The translations under genes and the position numbers were made by a program. 64,000 nt of DNA from Squalus acanthias (taxonomy: Eukaryota), in assembly GCA_030390025.1 (NCBI GenBank), contig CM059432.1:100070001-100134000 (forward strand), written 5' to 3'. This document shows positions 36,770 to 50,229 of the stretch, piece after piece; the stretch's first letter is position 1; every line of letters starts with the position of its first letter. A model generated the notes under the pieces. That model was not told where the DNA came from. It saw only the letters and a program-made list of their open reading frames with translations, and ran no database searches.

Positions 36770-37990
36770 AAATCTGACCATGATAAGCACATCCCTGGCC
36801 TCCCGGGCAGCAATGTGCTTGAGTGCTGGTGGGATCTGGACCACAGGCTCCTCCTGCTCCTCATCCTCCTCATCTTCCAGCTGATGCTCCTCCTCCTCCT
36901 TTGAAGAGGCTTTGCGCTCAGTGCCTTGCTCCTTATGCAGCGCTAATCCTCGCTGCTGCGCTATGTTGTGCAGGGCGCAGAGCAGACCACGACGATTCTG
37001 GAGACCCTGGCTGGTGCATACTGAAGGGCTCCTCCAGATCTGTCAAAGCATCTGAAGCACATTTTCAGCATGCCTATTGTCCGCTCTATGACACATCTGG
37101 TGGAGATGTGGCTTTCATTATATCTCTCCTTGGCCTCAGTACTTGGCCTCCTCAAGTGTGTCATGAGCCACGTCTTCAGTGGATACCCCTTGTCTCTAAG
37201 CAGCCAGCCAGAAAATCTGTCTGGAGGAGTGAAGAGCTGAGGAAGGCTGGACTGGCGCAGGATGAAAGTGTCATGGCAGCTGCCAGGGAATTTGGATGAT
37301 CTTCCTATGTTTGCAGACCAGCTGCACATTGAGGGAGTGGAAGCCGTTGCGTTTGACAAACACTCCTGGGTGATGATGGGGTGCCCTGATGGCCACATCT
37401 GTGCAGTCGATGACGCCCTGCACCCGTTGTAAGCCAGCCAGAGTGGCAAAGCCGCGCACCCGCTCAATAACACTGGCTTCATCAGTGGCAAAGTTGCTTT
37501 AATTGGCTGACTTGTCAAACAGGGCATTGGTGACCAGTGTGATGCATCTGTGGGCGGCCGTCTGCAAGATGCCTCAAATGTCTGCTGCAGATCCCTGGAA
37601 AGAGCCTGAGGCGAAGAAGTTGAGGGCGCTGGTGACTTTAACAGCCACTGATAAGGCATGTCCACCCGCTCCTCTGGGCTGCAGGTCTTCCTCCAGCAAT
37701 GTGCAAATATCTGCGATGACCTGGCGCAATAACCTGATCCTCCTTTGGCACTGCTGCTCAGTCATGTTGAGGAAGCTCATCCTCTGCCTGTATACCCTAT
37801 GTTGGGGGTATCGCCTCCAGCGCGGTGCAACCCTGCGCTGATGTCCTCTGTCCTGTGCAGCATCAGGTGGTTGAGGAGAAGGTTGTTGGTGTTGTTGTTG
37901 GTGCTGCTGGTGTGCCTGGTGTTGCTGGAGTTGGGGCTCATCGTGGTCCGGTTCTGAGGACCAAGGTGAGACAGTATAAACGGCACCCAT
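36770..37990 (-). pseudogene. Harbinger C DDE transposase, frameshifted
   Basis: [31 protein letters not shown] and [15 protein letters not shown] in ORFs 37574..37990, 37271..37459 and 36961..37665. Confidence 0.9.
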
Positions 37991-38695
37991 GCTGATGGAA
38001 GAGATGGCAGATCAAGTAGAGATGACAGAAGCAATCTGTCAATGATGTGTTAGGTTCTAACAATGAGGTGGCACTGGATGGTGACTTTGCTGGAAACACT
38101 TGCAGCCTGTAGAAAGCTAAATTTGTGCTGGCAATGTAGTCAGCAACAGCTTCTGCCTAAGGAAAGTGATCAGCTGTGAGGTGTGAGTTTTTATTATACT
38201 TTCCATGTTGTGCACTAATCAGCTGGATCAATGGCCAATCAACTTCCGCCTCTGGTTTACAGACGTGGTTCCCAAGCTGTGGTCAGCCAGGGAAATTTGA
38301 AAGGTAGGGTTAAAAAGACTCTTAAGGATCTGACAACTACCTGATAATGATTTAAATTAGCTCGCCCACCTCTGCCGCTCGGGGCATTGCCGCACCGGCA
38401 AATGCGCCCGAGAGAAAGGCGCATGGGCGGGGGATGATGGCGGGTTTTCGACCCGCTGCAAGATATTGCAAATTTCCCACTCGACCCGCTTCCAATCATG
38501 CCCAGAAAATTCCTGCCATTGAAACAGCCATTATTGTGTACCAATTGTTATATTAATTCAATAAAAATGGTTCCCCTACAAATTACTCCACAAATGAACA
38601 TGTACATTCACTTTGTGTTTCGTATCAGAAGTGCAAATAAATTCTCACTGAAGATTTCAGCAGTCAAATTGTAACAAAACTATCATTCTCTGCAG

Positions 38696-38743
38696 GATGT
38701 TAACGAAGGGATGAACTGCAATCAGGATTATTATATGAAGCAG
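38696..38743 (+). CDS. Candidate 48-nt internal exon of an unidentified host gene (DVNEGMNCNQDYYMKQ)
   Basis: Acceptor TCATTCTCTGCAG, donor CAG|GTATGA, phase 0-0, only one open frame, in unique AT-rich DNA. Protein not recognised. Confidence 0.4.
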
Positions 38744-39106
38744 GTATGAAATTTGTATATTTTTTTCTGTGTCCTTTTGTTTTAGTTCCATTTCTAACTG
38801 ATGTGTGACACATTTAAATAAAGGACACATTTGTTCTTCTAGTATGTACATTTTTTTTTTAAATCTTTGATTTTAAAAATCCATCTACACTAACATGATC
38901 AGAACTTTTCCCATTGATTCCATTCTCATTCTACTAATGGCAAGTGTTTATTGTTTGTAATACTGTGCCACCTCATAATACATTGAACACCTCTGTGACC
39001 TCTGTCACTGGAATACCTTCACAAACATTTGTGCACTGTGACAGCAGCCCTTTAGGGTATCAAAACAGAAGCTACAGATGAATTTGACATAAACGACAGA
39101 TACAAT

Positions 39107-39800
39107 GGGCTGAATCTTGACGGGGGCAGACTGCAGAGATGAGGAGCGGGTTGGCTGCCTACCCCTTTTCTCGAAAGTTCGGATTTCCCTGCATGCAGTG
39201 GAGTTTTGACTCCACATGTGCATAGTTTTGCTTTGACAGGTTCCCTGCCCGAAAATCTGTCTGATTGACAGGCTTGGCTTCCAGTCGGGCAGGGAACACT
39301 CTGGAGGAGGCCTCAGTCATAGGTAATTCGCTGATGCTGCTAGTGGGAGCGTGGGGGCGTGGTCCAATCTCCAACCCTGGGGATGGTGGGCGGGTGCGAC
39401 CTTGGAGTGGTGGTCTGATCCCCGGCCCGTGAGGGGAGGGAAGGTGTATGCGGCGGGGTGGTGGGTGGGGGGGTTGCTCTGATGGTGGGGGGCCAGGGGG
39501 AAGCACTTAACTTGTCTCCAAAGCTGTCTTCACCTCCCTTCAGCTGCCGGGTTTCCCGAGGCCTAAGAAACGTGGGCGGCCTGCAAAGCAGGTTAAATCA
39601 AAGGCTGCCAGCCTCTCTAAAATATTTAATTTGCCAGCCTGCCTTCTGGGAGCAGGTTGGCTGCCCGCCCCTTGTCCAGCCTCTGTTAAACCCGGAAGTG
39701 GCCGGGTTGGAGGTGGGTTGGGGTCGGGTTTGAGATTTTTAATGTTTTAACATTTCACTTGACCCCCAACTCACCCGTTTTGGGCGTTAAGACTCAGCCC
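39107..39800. mobile_element. Harbinger-type MITE
   Basis: 16-bp TIRs GGGCTGAATCTTGACG and (rc) GGGCTGAGTCTTAACG. Flanks AAT/AAC. Confidence 0.8.
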
Positions 39801-39869
39801 AACATTTGGCATTTTCTGAAGATTTACATTTCAGTAAAGTCAATGAGGAGAAAAGCTCAGTTGGAACCT

Positions 39870-41598
39870 AAAAGTCTTTTATAAACATATAAATAGTAAA
39901 AGGGAAGTCAAAGGAAGGGTGGAGCTAATTATGGACCAAAAAGGAGACCTTCTTGTGGAGGTAAAGGGCACGGCTGAGGTACTAAATGAGTACATTGCAT
40001 CTGTCTTCACTAAAGAAGAGGATGTTGCCAATGTCACAGTAAAGGAGGAGGTAGTAGAGAAATTAAATAGGATAAAAATAGATAAATAGGAGGTAGTTAA
40101 AAGGTTGGCAACACTCAAAATAGAAAAGTCTCCCAGTCCAGATGGGATGCATCTTAGCTTGCTTAGGGAAGTAAGATGGAAATTGTGGAGACTCTGGCCA
40201 CAATCTTCCAATCCTTCTTAGAGATGGGAGTGATACCAGAGGACTGGAGGATAGCAATTGTTACACCCTTGTTCAAAAAAGGGGAGAGGGATAAACCCGG
40301 CAACTACAGGCCAATCAGACCAATGTGGTGGGAAACTTTAGAGACAATCTGGGACAAAATTAATTGCCACTTGGAAAAATATGGGTTAATCAATTACAGC
40401 CAGCACGTATGTGACTGACTTGATTGAGTTCTTTGATGAAGTAACGACGAAGGTTGATGAAGGAAGTGTGGTTGATGTTGTGTACATAGACTTTCAAAAG
40501 GAGTTTGATAAAGTACCACATAATAGACTTGTTAGAATTAAGGGGCAGTGGCAGCATGGTTACGAAATTGGCTAATGGACAGAAAGCAGAGAGTAGTGGT
40601 GAGCGGTTGTTTTTCAGACTGGAGGGAAGTGTTCAGTGATGTCTCCAAGGGTCGATGTTGGGACCACTGCTGTTTTTGATATACATAAATAACCTGGACT
40701 TGGGTATAATGTCAAAGTTTGTAGATGTCACAAAACTCGGAAATGTAGTAAACAATAAGGAGGATCGTAATTGACTTCAGGAGGACATAGACAGATTGGT
40801 GAAATAGGCAGGCACATGGCAGATGAAATTTAACACAGAGAACTGTGAAGTGATTCATTTTGGTAGGAAGAATGAGGAGAGGCAATATAAACTAAACGGT
40901 ACAATTTAAAATGGAGGGCAGGAATAGAGAGGCCTAGGGGTTTACCTACACAAGTCTTTGAAGGTGGCAGGACAAGTTGAGAAGGCTGTTGAAAAGCCAT
41001 ACGGGATCCATAAGGCATAAAGTACATTTATGCTAAACCTTCACAAAACAATGGTTAGCTCCAGATGGAGTATTGTGGCCAATTCTGGGCACCACACTTT
41101 AGGAAGGATGTCAAGGCTTTAGAAAAGGTGCAGAGGAGAATTACTATAATGGTACCAGTTCTTCAGTTATGCGGCGAGACTGGAGAAACTGGGGTTGTTC
41201 TCCTTAGAGCAGAGAAGGTTAAGGGAAGATTTGATGTTCAAAATCATGAAGGGTTTTAATAGAGTAAATAAGGAGAAACTGTTTCCAGTGGCATCAGGGT
41301 TGATAACCAAAGGACACAGATTTAAAGTAGTTGGCAAAAGAACCAGAGGTGAGATAAGGAGAATTTTTTTATACAGCGATTAGTTATGATCTGGAATGCA
41401 CTTCCTGAAAGGGTGATGTCTGCAGATTTAACAAAAACTTTCAAAAAGGAATTAGATAAATACTTGAAGGGGAAACATTTACAGGGCTATGGGGAAAGAG
41501 CAGGGGAGTGGAACCAATTGGATAGTTCTTTCAAAGAACAGGCATAGGTATGATGGGCCAAAGGGCCTCCTTCTGTGCTGCATCATTATGACTCTATG
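39870..41598 (+). mobile_element. Degenerate 5'-truncated CR1 LINE
   Basis: Fragmented RT motifs (PEDWRIA.VTPLFKKG, EYCGQFWAPHFRKD) and a decayed tail. Confidence 0.88.
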
Positions 41599-42815
41599 AA
41601 TGAGGAGAGAAATTAAAATTAAAATGAGACTTAAAAAGAGGCATTTGACAAATCTAGGGCTAATAATATAAAAGAAAATTAAATATAAAAACTAAGAAGG
41701 GATTTTATAAGCACATTAAAAGTATAAGAATAACTAAAGAATGGATTGTGTCAATTAGAAAAAAAAGAGAAAATCTTCTTATAGAAGATGAAGGAACGAT
41801 ATCAGTTTTCATAGAAGTGTGTGATAATGGGAAGGAAAGGGTACAAGAGGAAGACATGGAGAAATAGATAATGATAAGCATAGAAAAGGAAATAGCACTG
41901 AAAAAGTTGGTGGAGCACAAATTAGAAAAGGCACTGGCCCAGCAGGCTTCCTAGAATGCTGAGTGAAGCCAGAGAGGAAATAGAGAATCTGACAATAATC
42001 TTTCAAACATCCTTGGACACAGAAATTGTGCCAGACATCTATAGAGTTTCAATATACCTCTATCAGAAGGGAGGAAGGGATAAATTGGGAAACTATAGAC
42101 CAGTCAGCCTAACATTAGCAGTAGATGATCTTCTAGAGACCAATATATGGGACGAAGTCACTTTGAAAGACATGGGTTAATTAATGACAGCCAGGATGGA
42201 TTTTCTAAGTGCATTTGACAAGCTGTTTCACAGGACGTTTGTTGATAAAATTAAGCCACATAGCAATAAAGGGAGTGTAGCAGCATGGATAGGATGTTGG
42301 TTAAAGGACAATAAACAAAGAGTGTTGATTAATGGATGGTTTTCAAACTGAAGGGTTTTAAACAGTGGTGTCCCTCTATCAGTGTTAAAACCATCTCTTG
42401 ACTCATGTATAAAGAAACTTGGTTTGCGAATGGAGGGCGCAATATGAAAGTTTGCAGATGACACAAAAAGAGGGAGTATGGTTAACTGTGAAGAGGACGT
42501 AAGCAATTTCAGGAGGACATAGATAGGCTAGTAAGTTACTAAGTTTTGCAGATAGAATACGGATGAAATTTACTGCAGAAAAGTGTGAGGTGACAAAATT
42601 TTGGAGGAACATAAGTGATAAACTTTAAAAGATCTAGAGGAGCAGAGAGCTTTAGAGGTTCAAATTCATAAATCTTTAAAAGTGTGAGGATAACTTGATA
42701 AAGTTATTAAAAATTCATATTGGATGCTAGGTATTATAAAGCAGGGCATGGAGTACAAAAACAAAGTGATAATTCTAAACCTATTGAAATCATTAGTTAG
42801 CCACAGTAGAATATG

Positions 42816-44732
42816 GGCCTAGAAATTTGATAAAGCCCGAAAATGGGGGAAGATGGTTGTGGTTGTTGAAGGTCAATCATCTCAGCCCCAGGACATCGCT
42901 GCAGGAGTTCCTCAGGGCAGTGTCCTAGGCCCAACCATCTTCAGCTGCTTCATCAATGACCTTCCCTCCATCATAAGGTTAGAAGTGGGGATGATTGCTG
43001 ATGACTGCACAGTATTCAGTTCCATTCGCAACTCCTCAGATAATGAAGCAGTCCATGCCCGCATGCAACAAGTCCTAGACGACATTCAGGCTTGGGCTGA
43101 TAAGTGGCAAGGAACATTTGCGCCACATAAGTGCCAGGCAATGACTATCTCCAATAAGCAAGAGTCTAACCATCTCCCCTTGACATTCAATAGCATTACC
43201 ATCGCCGAATCCCCCACCAGCAACATCCTGCGGGTAACCATTGACCAGAAACTTAACTGGACCAGCCACATAAATACTGTGGCAACAAGAGCAGGTCAGA
43301 GGCTGGGTATTCTGCGGCGAGTGTCTCACCTCCTGACTCTCCAAAGCTTTTCCATCTACAAGGCTCAAGTCAGGAGTGTGATGGAATACTCTCCACTTGT
43401 CTGGATGAGATCAGCTTCAACAACACCCAAGAAGTTCGACACCATCCAGCATGAAGCAGCCCGCCTGATCGGCAGCCCACCCACCACCTTAACCATTCAC
43501 TCCCTCCACCACCGGCGTACCGTGGCTGCAGTGTGTATCATCTACAAGATGCACTGCAGCAACTCGCCAAGGCTTCTTCGACAGCACCTCCCAAACCCGC
43601 GACCTCTACCACCTAGAAGGACAAAGGCAGCAGGCGCCTGGGAACACCATCACTCCAAGTTCCCCTCCAAGTCACACACCATCCTGACTTGGAAGTATAT
43701 CGTCGATCCTTCATCATCGCTGGTTCAAAATCCTGGAACTCCCGACCTAACAGCACTGTGGGAGTACCTTCACCAAACGGTCTGCGGCATTTCAAGAAGG
43801 CAGCTCACCACCACATTCTCAAGGGCAATTAGAGATGGGCAATAAATGCTGGCCTTGCCAGCGATGCCCACATCCCATGAACTAATTTAAAAAACGACCA
43901 GCAGGAGGCCGAAAATTGGGTCTAAATTATCTGTGCGGCGTTATCAGGAAATCGCAATTTATGAAAGTGAAGTAATGTTTCCGGTTATGTTTCTCGTGTT
44001 TTGTAGGTTGACAGAGAGGGTAGGCAAGATAAATCAAAGCCTAAAAATACACTAATCTGTCAGATTTTATAGAATGCAACCTGCAGTTTAGCTGCAATCT
44101 ATGTTTAATTCAACTCCTGACACTCTCAAATATTTAGCCAGCTAATTTGTCAAGTACGATTATTAATCAAAAAAAGTCATCATTCACTGATTAAATGACT
44201 GCAATTTGGGTGGAATCATTGTAGCAGTTTGAGGTTCCAAATACTTGAAGTTATGAAAACTCAAGCAACATGTGTCATCAAATTTCTGATTACACGATCT
44301 AGTGCAAACAATGTCAAAATTATTTGAAACAGTGATCAGTGAGGAATGCAAACCTGTCCCAGAGCCTGGGTTCAGTGGGGCTGCACATACTCTGCATAGT
44401 TATAGAAGACTTCTCAGAGATCTATAGATCTCCGTCGCTTTCTCCCGGGTCTACGAGCTGGCAGCGGTTGCATGCACGGGCATGCTTTGGAGAAGGTGGT
44501 AAAAGGAGCGGCAACGTCCAAAATCGCTCAGCGTGTGTCAATTCGGCGTTGCACGTCACACTCTACATCATGAAAATATTTGAGGCAAGCATAGGTAACA
44601 GCAGCGCTGCTGAACTGACCAATATGGCAGCCACCGTATTCTGCACCGGAAGTGGGCGGAAGCGAGACGGTTGCCATTTTTTCTTCAAAACCAGCCTTAG
44701 TGGCCGGCAATAAAGGTTCCAATTTCTAGGCC
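42816..44732. mobile_element. Harbinger-type non-autonomous element containing a LINE
   Basis: Perfect 12-bp TIRs GGCCTAGAAATT. Confidence 0.75.
42851..43893 (+). mobile_element. 3' part of a divergent CR1/L2-group LINE
   Basis: ORF 42853..43845 carries GVPQGSVLGP, ADD, WADKWQ.TFAPHKC and YKAQVRSVMEY. C-rich composition and A-rich end differ from the other CR1s. Confidence 0.85.
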
Positions 44733-45200
44733 ATTATGTCCTATGTTGGGTGTCCACTCCAGGACCATGGACAGGATACAGAGGAGATATTTACAAGGAT
44801 CATTAGGGAGGAGAGGCTTTAGTTATGAGGAGTGATTAGAAAAACTAGGGCTGTTTTTACTAAAACAGTAAATGCTGAAAGGACATTTCATAGAGGTGTT
44901 CAAAATTATAGAGAGTTTTGATGAGGTAAATAGGGAAACACAATTTCTGCTTGATGAGTTGGTAACTGGAGGGCGTAAATTAAATAATGAAAGGAAAAGT
45001 TAGGAAAACATTTTTTATGCTGAGGTTGTTACCAGATGCAGTGGTGGAGGCCAAATCCGTAATAGTGTTAATATGAAGTTGACAAATATTTGAAACAAAA
45101 ATTTTAAAATTGTTAGGGAAAAGGGTGGGACAAAGTGCAAGAGAATGGGACTAAATAGACAGCTTTTTTATAGAGCTGGCATAAGCTGTAAAATTCTATA

Positions 45201-45835
45201 GTATGGATTTTAATTGTGGGATGGAAAATGGCAGGAGATGCCAAACTTCCCCCTCTGCAAGTCTCCATGTGAGATACGCCTGATTTTAATAGCCAGGCCT
45301 CATTAACATCTGGTCGGCCAGCTGCCTGCCGTAAACAGACATAAAAGGCAGCTGACTGGCTGCCAATAGACGAAGATCGGGCAGCCGGGAGACTGCCCAC
45401 TGCCACTCAAGTAGGTCATGGGAGTGGGGGGGGGGGGCGGTGGTAGCGGTTCAGCAAGGAAGCAGAGAGCCCTGGGTTGGCAGAGGCCCAGACTTTCCTT
45501 GTGGGGCCCAGAGGAGCACTCCTGCTCCTCCTGGCCGCACAAAGGAAAATATTTTACTCACCTATTTTTAGTCTCCGTTTGCTGTCCGAAAGGTATCACT
45601 CGGACCATGATGGCTGCCTCCAGCAAGTAAGCCATTAAAATTGTCTCGGGGTCCTATCTATGTGGTAGGACTGTTTAATCATTAATCAATCAGGTGTCAA
45701 ACAGACTCAGGCAGACATCTCAACCGCTCGGCATCGAAATTGTGGCGGGCAGTATCGAAGCAGGAAAAGGTGTCGCTCGATTTTAACACCTGCTTTCCAC
45801 AGTTTCTGCTGTATGAAGGGAATTAAAATCATCCC
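45201..45835. mobile_element. Degenerate Harbinger-type MITE
   Basis: Decayed TIRs with a GATTTTAATT core at both ends and a GC-rich interior. Confidence 0.55.
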
Positions 45836-46517
45836 TTATGATTCCATGATCTTTCAAATTTGAAAGGTGTGTGTATGGAATATTCCTATTGTAGCTCCAA
45901 ACTGTAAAAAAGACTCTTATATGCCATGACCCCTGAAATAACACATATTTTGTGACACCCTAATTAACAGCAAAATCACACAACATTTCAGGTTATTTGT
46001 ATGATGGTATTAGATATTTTCACTTTTATGGTATTTGTGAAAAACATAAGAAAGGTTGGAGTGGGAACATAAGAAACCAGTTAGCCCATCGAGTCTACTC
46101 CATCAAGAATTTATTCGGTGTACATGTATGATTATTTGATCGGGGACTCCTCAACACCAGCACCACCAACACTTGTTGATCCTTTACTATATTGAACACT
46201 AATTCTTCCCTTGCCATATTCATATTGCTCTAACCTTCACTACTCCTTCTCAGCAGATTATGATCCAGCTCACTTGTATTGGTACCAATTGATGCATGTC
46301 AAAGAAAAATAAATGAAACATTTGGAGTAGGGATCAAATTCATTAATTAATAATTAAAATATTGTTGCAAGAATTTGGCACACTTTGAGATACACTTCAA
46401 CAGAATGCCAATTGGATTCACTTGAAAATGATGTCCATCAAAGCAACTTAGAAGGGGCACTATTTTTATAAACACAAGTATAAACACAGTTCTCATAATG
46501 CCACTAATTAATTAATT

Positions 46518-46800
46518 TACATAGATTTACAACACAGAAACAAGCCGTTCATGTTGGTGTTTATCATCCGTACGGGCAGCAGATCTAACCCATGTGTTTG
46601 CCCTATTCTCATATCCCTTTATTCCTCTTTTCTTCAATCACATATCATAGCTTATCCTTAAATGTTGAAATGATCTCTGCTTCAACATTAACTCTGGTTG
46701 TGCATTCAACAACCTCATAAACTTCTATGTAAAAAGGTTTCTCCTGATCTCTGTCCTAAATCTCTTGCATTTAATCTTAAATCTATGTCCCCTCGTTCTA
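46518..46800 (-). mobile_element. Old CR1 3' fragment
   Basis: ACATAGATTTACAACACAGAAAC start and degenerate antisense CR1 3' sequence. Confidence 0.55.
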
Positions 46801-47001
46801 GGGAAGAAATTGGTCCATGTTGTGCCCATTTACGGCGGACCTTGGATGATATTTGGGCATTCCAGATGGCCGCCTTAAACAGGTGTTAATTAGGGGCCTA
46901 ACACCTGTTTAAGGATCCCTTCAAGAAATTGAGCAGCGCTCAGCAGAGCTGATGCCGGGCCTACTGTACTCAGGTTTTCCAGTATTTGCTGCGGCATAAT
47001 A

Positions 47002-47288
47002 AACATAGAAACATAGAAACATAGAATCTAGGAGCAGGAGTAGGCCATTCGGCCCGTCGAGCCTGCTCCGCCATTCAATACGATCATGGCTGATCATCCA
47101 AATCCAGTACCCTGTCCCTGCTTTAATCCCCACAGTACACATATCCCACCCTACCCCCGTAACCCCACGTATTTAATTCCCCCTAACATATCCCATCCTA
47201 TCCCCATAACCCCACATATTTAATCCCCCCTAACACTAAGGGTCAATTTATCATAGCCAAATCAACCTAACCCACACATTTTTGGACA
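47002..47288 (-). mobile_element. 5'-truncated HE1-like V-SINE with a CR1-derived tail
   Basis: (AAACATAG)3 tail, CR1/HER1-like stem-loop, and V-domain-like (rc) GTCCAAAAATGTGTGGGTTAGGTTGATTTGGC. Confidence 0.7.
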
Positions 47289-47639
47289 GGGGAGTTTTTT
47301 TTTATTCTATGTAAACGTGGAGCTAGGAGAAAGAGAAGTGATCCTTCCAGCTTCACAGCAATCATGAGGGCTGCTGCCAGCCTGCTCTAGACCTCCTCCT
47401 GTTCTCCTCCTACCCTCCAATAACCTACCTGAGGGCCACTGCTGGCAAAGTAGGTAGCCCAAATTGGAAGTCCTCGAACCAGTGAGCTGCTTCTACAGGT
47501 GTGACAGATGCTGGCAGCTTGAGGGTAATATTGAAATGAGGCCCTTGGACTAATTTTGGGAGATCCTCGGGTCGACCTCTTCGGGCACATGTAGTAGTCG
47601 TGCCATTCATTTTGCACCTATTGTCGGGCACTAACCAAT

Positions 47640-47935
47640 CTCTCCACCACCATTTCCATCTACTCTGTCCCATCCCTCATCATTTTAAACACCTCTTCAA
47701 TTTTTCAATTCTGTCTTTGCATTTCTATTTCTTAATACCTAACAGCATGCTAATGAATCTGCGCTGTACTCTCTGTTGCCTCAACATCCGTCCTATAGTG
47801 TGGAGTTCAAAACTGCATACAGTACTCCGACCGTGGTCTTATTAAGGTTTTATATAGAGTCACCTTCAAATCTCTGTACTTATTGCTATAAAACCCAGTA
47901 TTCCATTAGCTTTTTTTTATGGCCTTATCCACTTG
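47640..47935 (-). mobile_element. Very degenerate CR1 fragment
   Basis: Antisense of the LIRPRSEYCMQF region. Confidence 0.45.
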
Positions 47936-50229
47936 GTAATGAGCAGGCAGCAAGAATTTCATGTGCTGCCTGCATTACTTTCAACGGGCGCGGGCAGATC
48001 ACGCATCGGGATCCCCACTCCCGTTTTCCAGCCCAATCGAATTATGTCCCCCATTACTACCAATGATTTTGTAATTTTCAATCTAGCAGTGATAAAAATA
48101 GAGCTGGTGGCAAAATAGAGGTATTATCATACTTACAACTTTTCCTGCTGTTTAGCATTGTTAGCATTGAGCTGCTGGTAGAAATCTGGTAATGAAAATA
48201 AGACGAGCTAGAACCTGACCCTACCTCCACCAGCATATTTATTGGAGCTCCAACAACTACTTAAATGGAATCCTGACTCCAGTTATGTATCTCAATAATA
48301 ATTGGTGGGGCCCTAAGAAAAAGAGAAAATTACTCTTTAAGTGCACTTAACATGCATCAAATTCTAATGGCTGCCACAATACATTGCAATGCATAAAATG
48401 TACAGATATCAGCATACCTAAATGTGGTAGCTACCAGTCGGAGAGAAAAATTTAACAGTGGAGTGAGTTTTCCACTAATATTCCTGCACAAAACCCATTA
48501 CATGAGTGAACAGGGAAAGTAAGTGTTTCATAAACGTATTTAACTTTCTGGGGTGAGATACCCTTTTGGATAAATTCAGCAATCCTGCACTCCACTAGGC
48601 AGCTGCACTCAAAAGAATGCATGAGTCCGAGAATTGAGGCTACAGATTTATAGGCCTATCTCTGACCTGCATTCCCGTTGAGACTGGTTCCTCACTGAGA
48701 TTGTGAGACTACGGAATTCAACCTTTAGCAGTGCAATAAAAGGAAGTTCGACGCTTACCCTTTCTTACACACTCGCAGGCACACACAACTTTACTTTTGT
48801 GATTTCTGGAAGCTCAGGTATGTTAGAGCTGAGTCTCAATCTGAAAACAGCTGCAAGAACGCTGATTTACTAGCTAAACAGACAGTAAGCCAGTACAAAT
48901 TGCACACTGTGGGCCAGTCCAGTTATGTAGCACACAACATGCGTGAGAAATGAGAAAGAACACAGAAGGCATTATATCAATTTCAGCAGTTCATAGTAGA
49001 CAGCAGGAGGGCACTGAAAGAGCTTTCAACAGGGTAGAGGGGCAAGCTACTATTGTGCAAAGGGTGAGGCTGCCTTGGGAGGTCAACTCACAGGAGTTCA
49101 AAGAGAGTCTTGCTGGAAGGATTTTTGAAGGTGTCAGATGAAGAAAAATATCGAGATGAGAAATGCAAATAAGCATGAATAAGCAGCTTGCATAGATTGC
49201 AGCTATCATCTAAGCTGCCATAAAGGTCAATAGTAACATTCAGCAATCAAAGTAAATTAAAGGCATATTGCTTGAGCACATCTTAGTATACTTAACTCAA
49301 ATTTAATCTAGCAACCTGCTGCAAATACAATAAAAGGGAAAAATGAACATGTTTGAAAATGAGAATTCAACATCAAAAAAAGAGAGGCCGAAAATCCTTG
49401 GTCTCAGCGGTGGATCCCCAACAGAAGTGGGGTATAGTAGGTCCAGTGAAGCACAAAGTTAGGACAGGACTCAGAAATACTGGGTCTCCATTTTTAAGAG
49501 TGCAGCTTTCTAATTTGTGCCCCAAATGTGGCCACTGACATTAGAGGGAAATGGGCCAAGGGGAGGAAATTCCCACACCGGGAATTTTCTTGGCTCAAGC
49601 CTCTCTACCACCCAGTGACCTGGACACTGGCATAAACCTGGCATACAGGTTGTTAGAGTGGTGCAAGTGGGGCCCGGTTCGGGGTCCAGGTTGGAGTTCT
49701 GGGCCTGAACTCCACGTCCCCAGCAGAATACCAGAGTTTGCGTAATATTGCACCCCCACCCCCAACCCGCCATGAAGGTGGCTCATTTAGCAGCAAGTAA
49801 AAATTATCCACAGGTTGTCTGGCAAGCACTTGCCAGCATCACTCCTCCCCCTCCAGTGGGTGATACAAGGTGTGCCCTAATGGCATGGGTACTTGCCAAC
49901 AGATGCAGAACAGGTGAACCTAACATGACTTCAGATATTCTGGCAGGGTCAGAAGCAGTGGTCAATACCACCCACTCGCCACACTCTGTTGCTGCAACTG
50001 TGTCAAGGCTTTTCAACCCATAGAATCTAAAATGAGATTGAAGACTGACGATAATTACTCACACATGTAGCTTACAATTTTAATGCACTCATCAGCTCTC
50101 AAAAATTCTCACCAAATATCTGTGGGCAAGGTAGTCTACATTTAGGTAAGCTATGCTTGACGCATAAATCCTTGCTGCTGCTTAAAATATGCGACTCAAA
50201 ATATTTGCTCATTCATCTTTTATTTACAG

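Larger units (their letters stand above)
27847..38517. mobile_element. Full-length PIF/Harbinger transposon C carrying nested retroelements
   Basis: TIRs GGCCGGAATTTT and (rc) GGCAGGAATTTT, TSD ATT/ATT, with convergent Myb/SANT (+) and transposase (-) genes. Confidence 0.9.
41600..45200 (+). mobile_element. Older, highly degenerate CR1 split by a MITE
   Basis: GNYRPVSLT and KFADD. The CR1 C-terminal sequence resumes after 44732. Confidence 0.75.
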
